A DNA stretch of 64,000 bases from Phoronis australis (GCA_002633005.1 NMRA01000120.1:62001-126000); one strand, 5' to 3'; positions 24,943-38,060 are shown, numbered from the stretch's first letter. Numbers and translations: made by a program. Notes: a model not told the origin generated them from the sequence alone.

Positions 24943-26570
24943 GTAACAAACCCGTTGCTATGGTAATTCATAACCTTTCAGTGAATTCAGGACACCATAT
25001 GACAGAGATGTGCAATTTTATTTAGTCAAATTTCTTACCAAAAATTTACTGTTAAGAAAATTATACTTTCATTCTTTTTGCATACTTGTTGTTTGAACTG
25101 CAACATTTTATAAATGTTTTCATTATTTGTAACTCAGGAGTCGACTATAGCAAAAACAGAAAATATAGAATTTTAATTCACAATTAGTTTTGTGTTAAAT
25201 AATTGTAGAAGGTAGTACTGTATAAACTTCTCATACGAAGATATTGTCATTCAAAGATTTTGTCTTATGACTTTTTATGCCTCAATTTGGGTGCGGAATA
25301 CAAGCCTCATTCACATCTGAAATTCTCATCAGATCCAAAAATTCCCCTCCAATGATTAAAAAAAATCCTCTCAAGGTTATGATCACTTTTAAATCGCATA
25401 GACCCTAGGATTCAGGAAATCTTCACATCATAGTCGGTCCTTTTCATTGTTTACAACATTGATGGGGAGTATAGAAACTGAATTTAGTTGATTAGAAATG
25501 TGGGGATGATCATATAGTATTGAGCAAAGAAAGTTATTCATGAGAGTCCCTGATACCCCTTCTACTTAGGCTAGTCCAATGGAAAGAAAAGCCACATTGC
25601 CTGGTATGTGGCCTACTCTTAGTAGTGTGGAAGGAGATCTTTGATGTAAACACTATACATTGGTTTTAGCTACTTGAGGCTATGCTGGGAGGAGGGTGAA
25701 ATTGGCAGTGACCCGTTTGGGGAGAGGCATGATTTTCCCCTCACTCAAACAAAATATCTCAGAAACCACAGACACTGTTCCCTCAGATGACCGAGGAGCT
25801 AAGGACCCTGAGTGTATTTATGATAGATGCGGTCTTAATGCTTGGTTTTACTCTTGAAACGTCATCAGAACCAAATCATAGACCACCACTGATTCACATC
25901 AAAACCTCGTAACAGTGCAAGTTGAAATGAAGCAAAAGAGAAAGACGATGTTTATGCATGCGTAAGGGCAGGAGCACATCGACAAATCTTCAAGTTCGGC
26001 CCAGACTCCACCATACTTACGCCATTATGGTTTACTTCATCTCGACTCTGGATCCATGTTTTGTTGTAATCTCTGGTGGTATATAATCTGTTGCTGTTGA
26101 TTTTATTGTCGAAGCATAAAATCAAGTGCTTCGACTGCATGTTCCTGTAAATATATATTTTATGCAATGTTGCTTGTTACCCATTTCTGTTATTTCTCAC
26201 ATGAACTGGAATGTGTTACGACACAACTGGTTAATAACACCGAGTATGTCATTTTTTGTTATTACATGGGCAAATCACAAAGTAGTGTGAAGTAGAAATC
26301 CTTACTTTTTATCGTCGGCAAGCCTCGGGATTTTGACGAAATTTCCAGGAGGTTTTGCCCTTGTCATAAACCTTAGACGAGTGTAATATTCTCTATATAC
26401 GTCCTCTTATTCTGGCAAAAAGCAAACTGTTCTCTATGTCAGATGTTCTATTCAGCCGTGTATTAAGTTCTACTAATAGAGTGCGCACCAAAAATAATTG
26501 AACTAGCAGAATTTTATGTCATGACAGCTGAATGCATGCTGAATTCCCCGTCACGACGCCCGAGTACTAA

Positions 26571-26672
26571 TGTTGTGACATGGGACTTCCGGGAGCGACG
26601 TAGAACTGTAGAAAGCCTCTCATAATCGCTTATCAAGTGGCAATTGCCTCAGTGCCAGCAGATTTTTCTTCA
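26571..26672 (+). mobile_element. Short (solo) LTR of the tRNA-containing TRIM family, lacking most of the tRNA-like part
   Basis: TGTTGTGAC...gacttccgg...gacgta...aatcgcttatcaagtggcaattgcctc...cagcagatttttctTCA matches the LTRs at 41330-41487 and 41655-41795. Flanks are ctaa/ctag. Confidence 0.7.
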
Positions 26673-26795
26673 CTAGCGGAATTCCCACCACTGATTATTA
26701 GCCATCTTAATGAAGGAAACGGAACTTTACCCAATTATTTTTGTAGTTAATAAGTATAAAATTCTTGCATGTTGTTCATGGTGTTTTTTCCCCAG

Positions 26796-27011
26796 GTGAC
26801 ACACCTCTGCATCAGTGTGTGTGTAAGGGGATGCTGTTAGGTGTTAAAGAGCTGTTGAAGCATGGCTCAGACGTCAACTTGTGGAGCAAGAAGACAGGAC
26901 AGTCACCCCTCCACCTGGCCTTATACAGGCGCGAGAAGAACTGCTTCGATATCGTCCAGGAACTAGTGCTTCATGGGTACAATACAGACGTGAATTCACC
27001 TGACAGAAACG
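26796..27011 (+). CDS. ASB family gene, exon 4 (ankyrin repeats)
   Basis: ccccag|(G)DTPLHQCVCKGMLLGVKELLKHGSDVN...GQSPLHLAL...TDVNSPDRN|gtgcgt. 216 nt, phase 1/1. Confidence 0.9.
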
Positions 27012-27356
27012 GTGCGTATACAACATGTGGGTATATTTAGGACCACATGCGTGTTCCAGAAATGCATTTATCCAGAGGAATTTTTGCTCAAGTTTTTGCA
27101 CATGTTTGCATGCACTTAACTGTCATTAATGGGCACAGACAACTACCTTACGTTTATGTGCAGACCTTACAATGGCAGCTTTTGAATTTTTTGTCCATTT
27201 TAAAGCACGTTTACTCCTTACTGAAAGTTAACGGGGCTATGAACTCGCGTTCCGTTGAAGAAACTCACTTCAGATTTAGACTAGTTACTGCTATGGATGG
27301 GAAGCACTTTTTGCTCTTGATCGAGACCATGCTGGGAAAATAAACTAACATGCCAG

Positions 27357-27607
27357 CTTGTAGAGCCTGGTCTCAACCGGTAACACTTGTAGAGCCTGGT
27401 CTCAACCTTTAACACTTGTAGAGCCCCGTCTCAACCACACTTGTAGAGCCCTGTCTCAGCCTTTAACACTTGTAGAGCCTGGTCTCAACCTTTAACACTT
27501 GTAGAGCCCCGTCTCAACCACACTTGTAGAGCCCTGTCTCAACCTTTAACACTTGTAGAGCCTGGTCTCAACCTTTAACACTTGTAGAGCCTCATCTCAA
27601 CCAGTAA
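27357..27607. repeat. Minisatellite, 9 units of 29 or 25 bp (cttgtagagcctggtctcaacctttaaca)
   Basis: Directly visible tandem units with no unique spacers. Confidence 0.95.
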
Positions 27608-28822
27608 TGAACTGTCAGAGTTCTTTTCAAATCCCGAAATCAATTTCATAACGGTAAGTGGTCTAAATTAAAACTTTCTTTTTGTGGTGGAAGGGGGAGA
27701 GGGGGGGTTGTAGCTGCTTTATTATAAAACAAAAGTGACTGAGTTTGCTTAAGAGACGTGATCACCGTTAGTTTTAAGTTTTTAGTGTGGGTAATTCTCC
27801 ACTTTCTTCGTGCAAAGTAAACCATTTTCTCTGGAAAGCCACTTTGTGCAAAGTGAAATGAATACCCTTACTTAGCAGTAAATTTTAATATGTACGGATT
27901 TCGCTCGAGTAATCTTTAACAAAGTAAAAGTTTCCAGAACACCCAAGTTGTGCATTTGTTGAACCCGTGCAAGATACCACCCCATTTGAAAATGATTTTC
28001 AGCTAGAAGCAAGGTCAGACTTACGGGCTTCTGTGTGCTCATACTTCAAAAATTATTATGCGCATGAAAGCAAGTCCAGGTGTTTGTTAGATGATAGCAT
28101 TTTTTCTCAAAAATCATAGTTTTCCACTAACATGAAGTTCTTAAAATGAAACTTGCATATTCTGTTTCTTTGTTCTATTTTATTCAAAATCCCGTCTGGG
28201 AATTTCTGTGTCGGAGAATTTCTTTTAGGCCTTTTATTAGTGTGAGAGATTGTCAAAAATCAAGGAACGTTGACATTTTCATTTTTGACGGCTGCAGAAT
28301 TCCCAGGCTAAAAGGCCTTAAAAGAAAATCCCAGACAAGCTTTTGTAGCTTATAGAGAAATTCACTTTGTTGAAATTATGGCGATCTCCGTCTCGATTAC
28401 GAACATCTGGGAATTGTGTTTGAGCTTAGTAAGACTAGTGATCATCAAGGATTTTTAAAGTATATAGTTTTATGATTCTACTTTTAATACTTAGTTAAAG
28501 TTATTCAAGAAATTCAGTCACCGATAACAAAGGTACCCTATTTCCTCAAACCCATGCAGCGCCATCTTTGAAAAACATTCTTCTTTTTTATTCATGTATT
28601 GGGGTGGAAGTGGAACACTTTGTTTTGTTTTTTATTTGAGTTAGTGTTCTTAATTATACAAGTTTTGCTTCAACGGAAAGATTCACTATCACTAACTCAT
28701 TTATTTCTGTTTGAAGTTTGTGATTTTGCCTTGATTTAATACATGGGACTTTAAAACTTTAAAGATTTTTGCAAATAAATACAATATCACTTCTTATTGA
28801 TCTAATCTTTTATCATTTATAG

Positions 28823-29307
28823 GACTTGTCCCTCTACAGTACGTCGTTTTCAACGAAGGGAGACGACCGAAAGTAGCATCGTTTTTAATCGCATATGGTG
28901 CACAGTTTAACACTGTGATAGACCGGCATGGATTGACACTGCTCAAAAGAGAGTTTATGCAAATGGATAAAAACAACAGCATTTTGAATGCAATAGTGAA
29001 CAGCAGTTTGCAGCTGCCAAGTTTTGAAATAGTGTTAGGTACAGGAAACGTGTCACCAAATAACCCTCAGGTGTTACAGGAGCCTGTCTTCAGGGAAAGA
29101 TCACATGTTCAGCAGAAGCAGCAATGGTATCAAAGTCTTTGCACGAATCCACGAACACTGCAGCACATTTGTCGCTGCAAAATCAGAGAAACTCTTGGTC
29201 CAAAGAGACTGAGGAACATTGATGAGCTAACATTACCAAAATCCTTAAAGGATTATCTCCTTTTGAATCACAATTACCACTTTCTTGATTTTACCCTGAC
29301 TAGTTGA
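28823..29307 (+). CDS. ASB family gene, last exon (ankyrin repeat and C-terminal SOCS box)
   Basis: tttatag|(G)LVPLQYVVFNEGRRPKVASFLIAYGA...PRTLQHICRCKIRETLGPKRLRNIDELTLPKSLKDYLL...*. SOCS box (BC box plus LP..L cullin box). AATAAA at about 29398. Confidence 0.92.
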
Positions 29308-30977
29308 TTGATTAAATGAATGAATTTTTGAAAGAAAACTAATGTACAGTGTCACTGTGGGAAAAACAGTGTTTGAAGGCCACATGTCGTACATGCAAAT
29401 AAACATTTGAAATAAGAAGCCATTGTATTTAAACTGCATTTTATTTTTGTGATAATGTTTATTGTCAAATTGACATTTTCCAAAGCTAATATATGTATAG
29501 TACTTATTATTTACAATACCTTGCCTTTTTCACAACACAATTTACAAGTTCTTCAAATGGAAGAAAATGACGACGATTTATGTAAACAAGCACAATTTTG
29601 TATTGAAAAGATAAACACCAACAACAATAGAGAATCTTAAAAATTATACAAATGGACCTAGTTTAAGTGGGTAATCAGTAAAATCTTACAGAGTGTTTCA
29701 AAATACTATTAATAGTGATTTCATCGAAACTGTGATAATTGTCTTGGGCACAACATCTCTGTTTATGATGTGTGCGCTGTTTACAGGGACAAAAATAATA
29801 AGAAAATGGAAATTACATTTTAATAGGCTCTTATGTACACTTCCTTTTTTCTCAACAGAATTTCTTTCAATATAAAATTTACAAAAACGTGGTTCAAATC
29901 CCATTGAATGCTAGATGTAAAACAGATCCAATGCAGACTACGTGATCAATGATTTATGACAAGAAAGACCTCTTTTGTCACAAACCGCGAACTTACTTAA
30001 AACTGTATTTCTGAGTTTCGATGCCCAACAAAAAAACAAAATTAAAAACTGCATCATTTACCGCTACAAAATGAGTTAACAATGTGCTCACTATGATTGG
30101 AATCTTTCAGTACCAATGAAGAAAATCAAAAACATTCCAGAAAATCAGTGCTTCAATAGGATCGAAGGTTATCTTGCAATTCTGACCAACTGCTGAAATT
30201 GATTCTGTCAAAGCAAGAACATTTTAATCCACTTTGAAACACAGAAAACATATTTCACGAAATTCAGTTTTAAGTTTAGACAGTCCTAAACAGGGTTACT
30301 ACATATAAAATACATAAATGGACCAGACACTACTTTTGACAACCAATATCTGTAATAAATAAATACAGTTTTAAGCCCACAGACTAAAAGCGTTTTTAAC
30401 ACCTTATTTTTCTTTGTAATAAAAGTTGGCACAGCTAGCGCCTGTCAATTATTGCATGGTCATCGGGCCACATGGTCTAACATGGTTTACGAAAGAATGG
30501 TAATACCTCACCAATTTAGGCGCAATATGGCAGACCAGTAAAATTTTATTTTCTCATAAGATATTTAGCATAAAATTAATGCTTTACCATGTTCAAGTTA
30601 TGTACCGTAGCTACAGTCAGAAAAACATTTTGAAAAATTGTGGGCTTCACAACAACATTAGAAGACCTTAAAGAGCAAATTTTGGCAATTATTTGTGTCC
30701 AAAATTGATGAGATATTACCGCACACTAAATAACTGTCAGTGCCAGTGCAAAGGCATTATTAATGACATAACGAAGACCGCGCCTAATGTAACTCTCACT
30801 CAACAACATTTCTACAGTGGACCCTATAGCAAACTGCTGCAGCAAATCACTGCAGAAACGTTTTTGAGGCATGAAAATCAGAAAACAGACGGACAATTCA
30901 GACACAGTACACATGCCACCTGGTGGTCACCTCTAATGACCCAAGTACGTTTTACTAAAGAAAAATGTCTAGCATAA

Positions 30978-31226
30978 CATGCACGCACCCAGCCTTCAAT
31001 ATGGGGGGGGCTCGAATTCCTTACGATGTGGACCTTTTGCTAACGAAAGAGTGGGCGGACTAAAAAAAACGGGGGCACCACTGTGAATTGTGCGTTTGCA
31101 CTTGTTTAGTGGACTTTTGTCCCATTTTCTCCGACTTTTTGTCTCTCAGAGGCGGACCTTTTTGCCCACTTCGCCAAATTGGGGGGCTCGTTTGAGCCCC
31201 CCGAGCCCCCCCTGGGTGCGCGCATG
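30978..31226. mobile_element. GC-rich MITE with TIRs and TSD
   Basis: TIRs catgcacgcacccag / ctgggtgcgcgcatg. Direct repeat cataa on both flanks (or gcataac, depending on where the ends are placed). Confidence 0.8.
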
Positions 31227-31856
31227 CATAACCAAGGCTCGAAGCCACGACCCTCAGTTCAATGTACCAAAACTCATGTAAAGGAATACGAACAACAGTA
31301 TCAGGGGTAGTATACCACATACAATTCCAGATAGTCTAAAACATAAACTTAGGCACTCGATGGACCAGTTCCTGTTAAAAATTCCAAGAACAATGAACTA
31401 TAGAAAATACGAACACACCTCAAGTCGCTCTACCAATATACATGTTTCCTGTAATTTGTCATTCAATTGAACATATTTAAGCCCATTCCCTACTCTCAAA
31501 ATAACGCAAGTTTTTCGTGGCCCAAGTGGGTGCATTAACCTGGACGTTTTTATCTGCCTTTTGTCTATTCGTAATATGTTTCAATTAATCAGATAATCTT
31601 GAACTGAAAACCCTTCAGTATCTATCATTTTGAAGCAAATAAGTCAATCTTCAGAAAAAAATTACTCATGGGTTTCCCATGCAGGCACACCAGACTAAAC
31701 TTCGATACAGGCGCATCATCAAATACAGACGCATAGGCCTAAATACATGCAAATACCTAAATAATGCAAAAAAAACAAGAAAAAAATCACATTGTCTTAA
31801 GAACAGTTAATGGCAGGCAGAGATTTTCCATTGCACTTTGTGACAACTTCACTGCG

Positions 31857-31978
31857 CTAACTCCTGAGAGCCTCGAGTCTGGCCTGCATGTCAGAGACAT
31901 CATCCTCAGTTTCCTCTTCTTCACCTGCTGGGACAGGCAGGGAGTCCTCAACTGCGTCAGGGGCCTTACCGAGGTCAC
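31857..31978 (-). CDS. CHMP3: Charged multivesicular body protein 3 (ESCRT-III), last exon
   Basis: ttccag|(G)DLGKAPDAVEDSLPVPAGEEEETEDDVSDMQARLEALRS*. C-terminal MIM1 motif M..RL..LRS. Confidence 0.95.
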
Positions 31979-33984
31979 CTGGAACAACGAGGTGATCGTT
32001 TATCAAAAGAACCAACAGATCATTCTTGCTTATTAAATGAATATTTCATGAAGCATTTTCATTCCTGAGTGGCACAGTTGCCCAGGTTGTAACCAAGGGA
32101 AACTTTTAACATCCAATAAAAAAGAACAAAAAGCAAATGACACATAAAATGCAATTTGACATTTGAACTAAGCAGTTGTTAAAATTAATCAGTTAACTTG
32201 GTCATTGCTAACTGATAAAATTAAGCGTACATTATCAACATGACTTGGTGTAGTGACTAAATGCAATTTCTTCAGAGCCAATATACCACGCACGAGCTCA
32301 TTATAAGTCTCTCACAAGTCAATCTCATTAATAATCTGTTCAGCTCTCGCACCACAATTGAATGTCTCATCAAAAACATGATGCATTATCAAATGCAAGA
32401 ACCTGGATGACATGTGACCATACACAACATTAAAGTACATAGACCTAATAAGTAATTGGAAACAAATATCAAAGATAGCCTTTCCGCTTCTTTCCAATCA
32501 AAAACTTCATAAAAGAAGGTTTGAATGCCCAATGACAAAAAAGAAAATTTCCAGGTGGTGTATCTTTCTACAAGCTTGTGTGTGATAGAAATACTTTTTG
32601 TGTTGTAAAATTTAAATGAAATAGATGCTTTTGCATGGATAAAGTCAAAATAATGATAAAAAAGAGGAAATCGAAACCAAATGAGGAAATCCTCTAAAAA
32701 GAAGAAAATTCCAAGCCCCTATAAAAGGAAATCGGCTGTGAATAAATCCACTTTAAATTTTTAATCAAATGAGTCTTTTAACACATAATCAAATGCATTC
32801 AAAATAACCAGAATCAGAAGTGGAAATTTCAACATCATATTAGAATTTCTGGTGGTGCACCAACAAAATGGCTCTCATAGTTCGAGGGCCTTAAACTACC
32901 ATTTTGAGAGTAAGAAATACATTTATAGAGGACTGTGTTCCTATTTCAATGATGTCTCAACTGGTGAAATACTTTCTGTGCTCTAAACTGGTGAAAATAA
33001 GAGAGAAAGAATGTCTTTAAAATGACATTAAGTAATAACATTGAGTATGAGAGCTCAGCACCAACACTGATTCTAACCCACAGCTTCATCAGTCACATCA
33101 TATCACTTTTACTTGTAAAGCTAAAAGCCAACATGGCAATTAGGCAAGTAGTTTGAATGTATTTAATCATCTCAAATGCATTTATTTTTTTTGGAATTAC
33201 ATTGATAGTGACCCTTTAATGCCAAAATGTAGATTTTAAAATCATACTACATGCTTGGGTTATTCCGCTAGGCATTGCTATTTCATTGTGTTTCGCACTT
33301 GATGGGAATTCGCTGAGTTTTTAACTACACTATTCAGTACCAATTGTATAATGTATGTCACATCTCTAGACTTTCATCACGAAATGGGTCTCAAATTGTT
33401 CCTCAGTCAAATTAGAGGTGATCTCAAGATTTCAAAAGAACTGACAGATCGTTATTGTTCAAGACAAGGCTTTTCAAGGTGGTTCACCACAGCGCGTCAT
33501 ATCACCAACGAACATTGTTTCAAGAGAAAACAAACTTAGTTCCTTGCAAACCCAGATGTAACTTCTCATCTGAGTGAGGAGCAAATTGAGACCAATTTTA
33601 GGGTAAATGACCTAAATCATAACTTCGCTTTTTGAATGGAATGTGGGATAATAGCTGCCCTGTGGCTGTGTAGGAACGTAATGACAAGCCTGAATACTTA
33701 GCTAAATATCGACAATATTGCATATTTTAACTCAATAAAAATATATATTTTTTCAAATTAGAAATCCTATAGAATTTGATAATTTTTAAGTTTTATCAAT
33801 CTTTCAATAATTAGGTACACTGATAGCAAAACAATGGTATCAATAACATGGATTGATCAAAATTTATTTGATATAAGATGTAATGTCACTTTAATTCAAT
33901 GAGACTTTTGTTTTTTCATGAAAATCATTACATTTGAGAGCCAAAAGGGGAAACATTTTAAAAACAATTTTGGAGATCATTAAA

Positions 33985-34664
33985 TACACAAAACGTACCA
34001 AAAGTGGCATAGATGAAATAACATACCACAAGACAATATTCTACGTATCGACCGAGACCGAACTATGCCAATCGAGGTACGTTTTGCATTTATCACATAC
34101 GCTCCGAATTCTTAATAAGTTTCTTCAATGTTTTTGGTAGATTTTTAAAATACTTCACCCAGACTGTTCACATCCTATATGTACGTACTTCCGCGCTATG
34201 TTAAAAGTTTTCTGTAGTAAAAGAAACAGCATTTAAATGCAACGATTTACTACTTGAGAAGAGATAACGATGAAAACAACGGTAATAATGCACTAAACTT
34301 GTAACATTTTCTGAAAATAATAAAATAAAAACAATAACATTGCAGTTACTGAGGAATAGGTGCCTACGTTGCAGATAATAGCAAATAAAACTGAGACAGA
34401 AGTGTCATATAATTAACAGTTTTGTACCAGATGTTATGTTTGGGGCCTGATTGCGCGTTGAGTGTTATTTTAACTGTTGCAACTTTAACTGTTTTGGGAA
34501 AGTTTGATGATCGAGCCGACAGTAACGACGTCAAGTCGACAATGACCTACCTTTTGAACTTTCTACGTCAGAGGGCACTGTTAAAGTAGTCCCAAGAGTG
34601 CAGTACGGAAAACAATACCACATGGTCGTATTGCACTCAACTTATTCAACGCGTATGGGATAAA
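33985..34664. mobile_element. Non-autonomous DNA element with terminal hairpin and subterminal inverted repeat (copy 1)
   Basis: Colinear with 45536-46251 over about 680 bp. Ends in gcgtatgggataaa, the inverse of the internal tttatc.catacgc. Confidence 0.8.
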
Positions 34665-34788
34665 GCATAGTATATGAAAGTTTCACATGAACCCGATCAG
34701 TCATTTCTGAGATACGACGTTCCAAATTTAGCCAAATTTGGACATTTTTCTAGGGTCCTACATAACCTCAAGTTTAGCCAGTGTTTAC

Positions 34789-34906
34789 CTGCGGTGAGTT
34801 CAAACAATATTTTGTCCACTTCTCGCTGCACATCTTCCTCCATGTCTTCAGTGTCCGGATCAATACTCTCCATTGTGTCCTCCAGCATTTCCTCGATGAT
34901 TCCAGC
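34789..34906 (-). CDS. CHMP3: CHMP3 exon 5
   Basis: ttgtag|AGIIEEMLEDTMESIDPDTEDMEEDVQREVDKILFELTA G|gtaaac. 118 nt. Confidence 0.96.
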
Positions 34907-36057
34907 CTACAACAAGAGAGAAGAAGCAATACAGTAAACATTCTCCAGTTTTGGTCGTGAAAATTTAATTACCGGGTATTCCGCTCAAGGTCAGAACTTG
35001 TTCCATTTTTTTTTAAATGGGCAGTACTGGTCATTCGAACTTCAAACAACAAATGAACATTCAACTCAGTGTCACACACTATGTGGAAAACATTAGATCA
35101 ACAACTATTTTTGATGTTTTTTGTGAAAAGCCAAGTCTCTTTTGAAACCTAATACAGTGTCCGATATTTTAAAAAATAAGCTGAATGTCATAATCGTCCA
35201 TGTTCCAATCTTCAGAACAATGGAAATTTCACTTTTGGCTTGAAGATCAGTGTCCAAGATTTTAGAGGCTGTCCGCAACAACAGCGTCAGCAACAAAACA
35301 ATAAGATAACACCAGCATAACTATACTGCAGTAATACCATATATGACCAGGTGTAAGCCCATCCCCGTCAGCATTCAAACCCAACTTTTCATTAAGTCTT
35401 GCACACAAACCCACCAGCTTGGGTATAAAGCCACTTTTCAAAATCAAATCAAACTGATCTCTTATCTCCATTACATGGTACGCAAGTTAGAACAAAGCTA
35501 TCTCGAAAAAACCCGATTCCATCAGCTTGAGTTAATCACAAGACTGCAACCCACAGTGCATGATTTAAATTCACTAGGACATGGAATTACCCACAAGTGT
35601 TTGAGGAGGCACAAATTTCGATATAACCCACCCATTGTTATAACTTCCCAATCAGAATCCCACAAGCTTACACACAGATGGATAAGCTAGCACAGTATAA
35701 CTACACTAAAATAATAATAAAAGCACAATTCCATGATACAAGCACAAAATGCCAGAAGGGCTTGACATTTACATTGTAAATCCAAAAAGATGTCTTGAAT
35801 TACACCATGCAATATTGATAACTATAATTTTAAAGATACCTTCTACCGAGACAACTTGAAAAAGCCAGTAAAAAACACAGTGTACAACTCTGTGAAGGGC
35901 CTTCAAGCTATGGCGTTCAACAGACACAGTAACATTTTTAGCAGCTCAACTAGATCTAATGTTACAGGAACTCTGTCCAGTTGTTCAACATATTTGCAGC
36001 ATATCTGCATGCATTGTAAAGTAAAAGAAAATTTAATTCTTCACCACGAAGACAAAC

Positions 36058-36179
36058 CTTGGTCATTTCTTTGGACATTTCCATCATTGTAGCTTGGATC
36101 TCTGGGACTTTGATCAATGACTGCATGGACTTCATCACATCCGAACTCTTCTCAAGGGCACCAGCTAATCGCACCGTGG
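36058..36179 (-). CDS. CHMP3: CHMP3 exon 4
   Basis: cctcag|(A)TVRLAGALEKSSDVMKSMQSLIKVPEIQATMMEMSKEMTK|gtttgt. 122 nt. Confidence 0.96.
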
Positions 36180-36713
36180 CTGAGGGCAATAAATCAGACA
36201 TCAGTTGACAGCAACTATATTCTAAATTTCTAAGATACTGAAAACAGTCACCAAGCATTAACTATTACCGTTTTCACGCATATTAAGGACAAAGTGTTTT
36301 TATTCGAAATATTATGTTTTTAAAAAAAATATTTTTATGTATTCGTCATGATGTTCTCCCATTAACTCCAACTTGTTCAATCAGATAGCATACGGACAAG
36401 TTGGCTGGTTGACTGGTGTACCCCGTATCTTACGCGACTGATTAACTCCATTGTACTATTCATGGCTGGAGGGCCATCTCTCTTTTGTTTATTAATTGCT
36501 CTAATCCTGATAAGATATATCTAGCATGACTGGGCTATGCTGTTCAAAATAAAAGATAAATTATCAACTGTTTCAACATAAACCAATAGCATTTCTGAAT
36601 TCCTCGTCAAATGCTGATCATGTTTAGTTTTTGAATAACCAAAATTGCCCAACTACAGCCGACATTAAGAGAATCCATTCCATCCAAATGCATTACAGTC
36701 TCTGTAACACTAT

Positions 36714-37078
36714 AGTGGCGTTCTTACACAGACTCACCCTAGAGCAAGTTACTCTTAGAACGAGTTGTCGCTAGGTTTGGTGGCTGTGTGGATGCTATTT
36801 AAACCAGCGCAACTTAACTTGTTCTAGGGTAACTTGTGCCACTTGTAATCGCTGTGTGGCCACAAAAGTGGAGTAGGGCGGAAGTAATTATCAACTGCGG
36901 TTATATACAGACAGGTTTTCTTTTGCGCGTGTCGTACTCGCATTAGGTGTTCATTGTCACACACTGAGCGACACTTCCACCCTACACTAGTAATCGGATA
37001 TGTGTGTGTGGACGCTCCACTTAAAAGTGAGGTAAGTCGCACAAGTTGTTCTAGGGTAGGCTGTGTGTGGACGGAACT
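36714..37078. mobile_element. MITE (family shared with 14641-15043)
   Basis: TIRs acacagactcaccctagagcaa / ttgttctagggtaggctgtgtgt. Confidence 0.75.
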
Positions 37079-37880
37079 TTTGAAGCCTGCCTGTTGTCAA
37101 ACCAGAGAAAAGAATGAACTCAGCAGTTAACAAAGGAGTCAATGTTATCAAACATTCACAACAGGCATAAGACTGGTAAAGTCATTGAATGAGAGAATGC
37201 CCTAATGCATACGGTCACATGTGCCTATGACCCATCTATGGCACAGGGCTAATAGCTGATATTATGTGACCACTCATACTTCTCTCCTCTCATGGCATGA
37301 TAACATTCAATATCGACCGATTTCCCGTGGAATATTCACTTTTCAGTCATGTTGTCTGGATGTCAGACGTTACTATTTGCAATCTGTCCAATCAGACATT
37401 GTAGAAACTATATACCATAAACCTTGAGCCGAAAGCAAGCGCATGATATCAGTACATTGAGGTAGGTAAGAACAAGCTTTATCTAATAAGAGGCAAAATT
37501 TTCACACAAAAGAAGCATCTTTTTCAGTGGTCGTGTTATAAAACAAATATCGACCAACCCCTCAGGCATATCAGATCATATGAACCTCTGGTTTCGTGCA
37601 ATATTGCTCTCTCTGTCCATATGACCTGATATTACCCTCCGGGCCAAACCATATTCGTATAATGTTATCTTACATAGCAACTGCAGCACTCTACAGCCAG
37701 CATGAAAACAAATTTCCAGTAAGCTTGTTTGAATAGACTGACGTCATTCCAAAAATAAAAATAAATGCAGCAGTAAAGAAAAAGCTGCAGCAGAATAATA
37801 AATCAATATTAAAAAATGATACAGCGAATTCAGAGTGCCTCAGTCAGTATGGTTGTTTGACCACTTGATTACAGACATAC

Positions 37881-38060
37881 CCAGCTGGTTTTTCATGGTC
37901 ATTTCCACCGAGCTCAGCTGTGCCTTCGAAGCATACAAACGACTGACAGCCTTGCGGGACTGTACAACTTCCCTGGCCAACAGTGCACACACATCTTTCT
38001 CTCCTTTCTTGGCAGCTTGCTTGATTGACCTCATCACCTTGGCCTCTTCATTTTGTATAG
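37881..38060 (-). CDS. CHMP3: CHMP3 exon 3
   Basis: ttttag|(T)IQNEEAKVMRSIKQAAKKGEKDVCALLAREVVQSRKAVSRLYASKAQLSSVEMTMKNQL|gtatgt. Snf7 domain, 180 nt. Confidence 0.96.

Noticed and set aside
27357-27607. CRISPR-like array of about 29-bp repeats
   Set aside because: The units are contiguous with no unique spacers, there are no cas genes, and the context is a eukaryotic intron.
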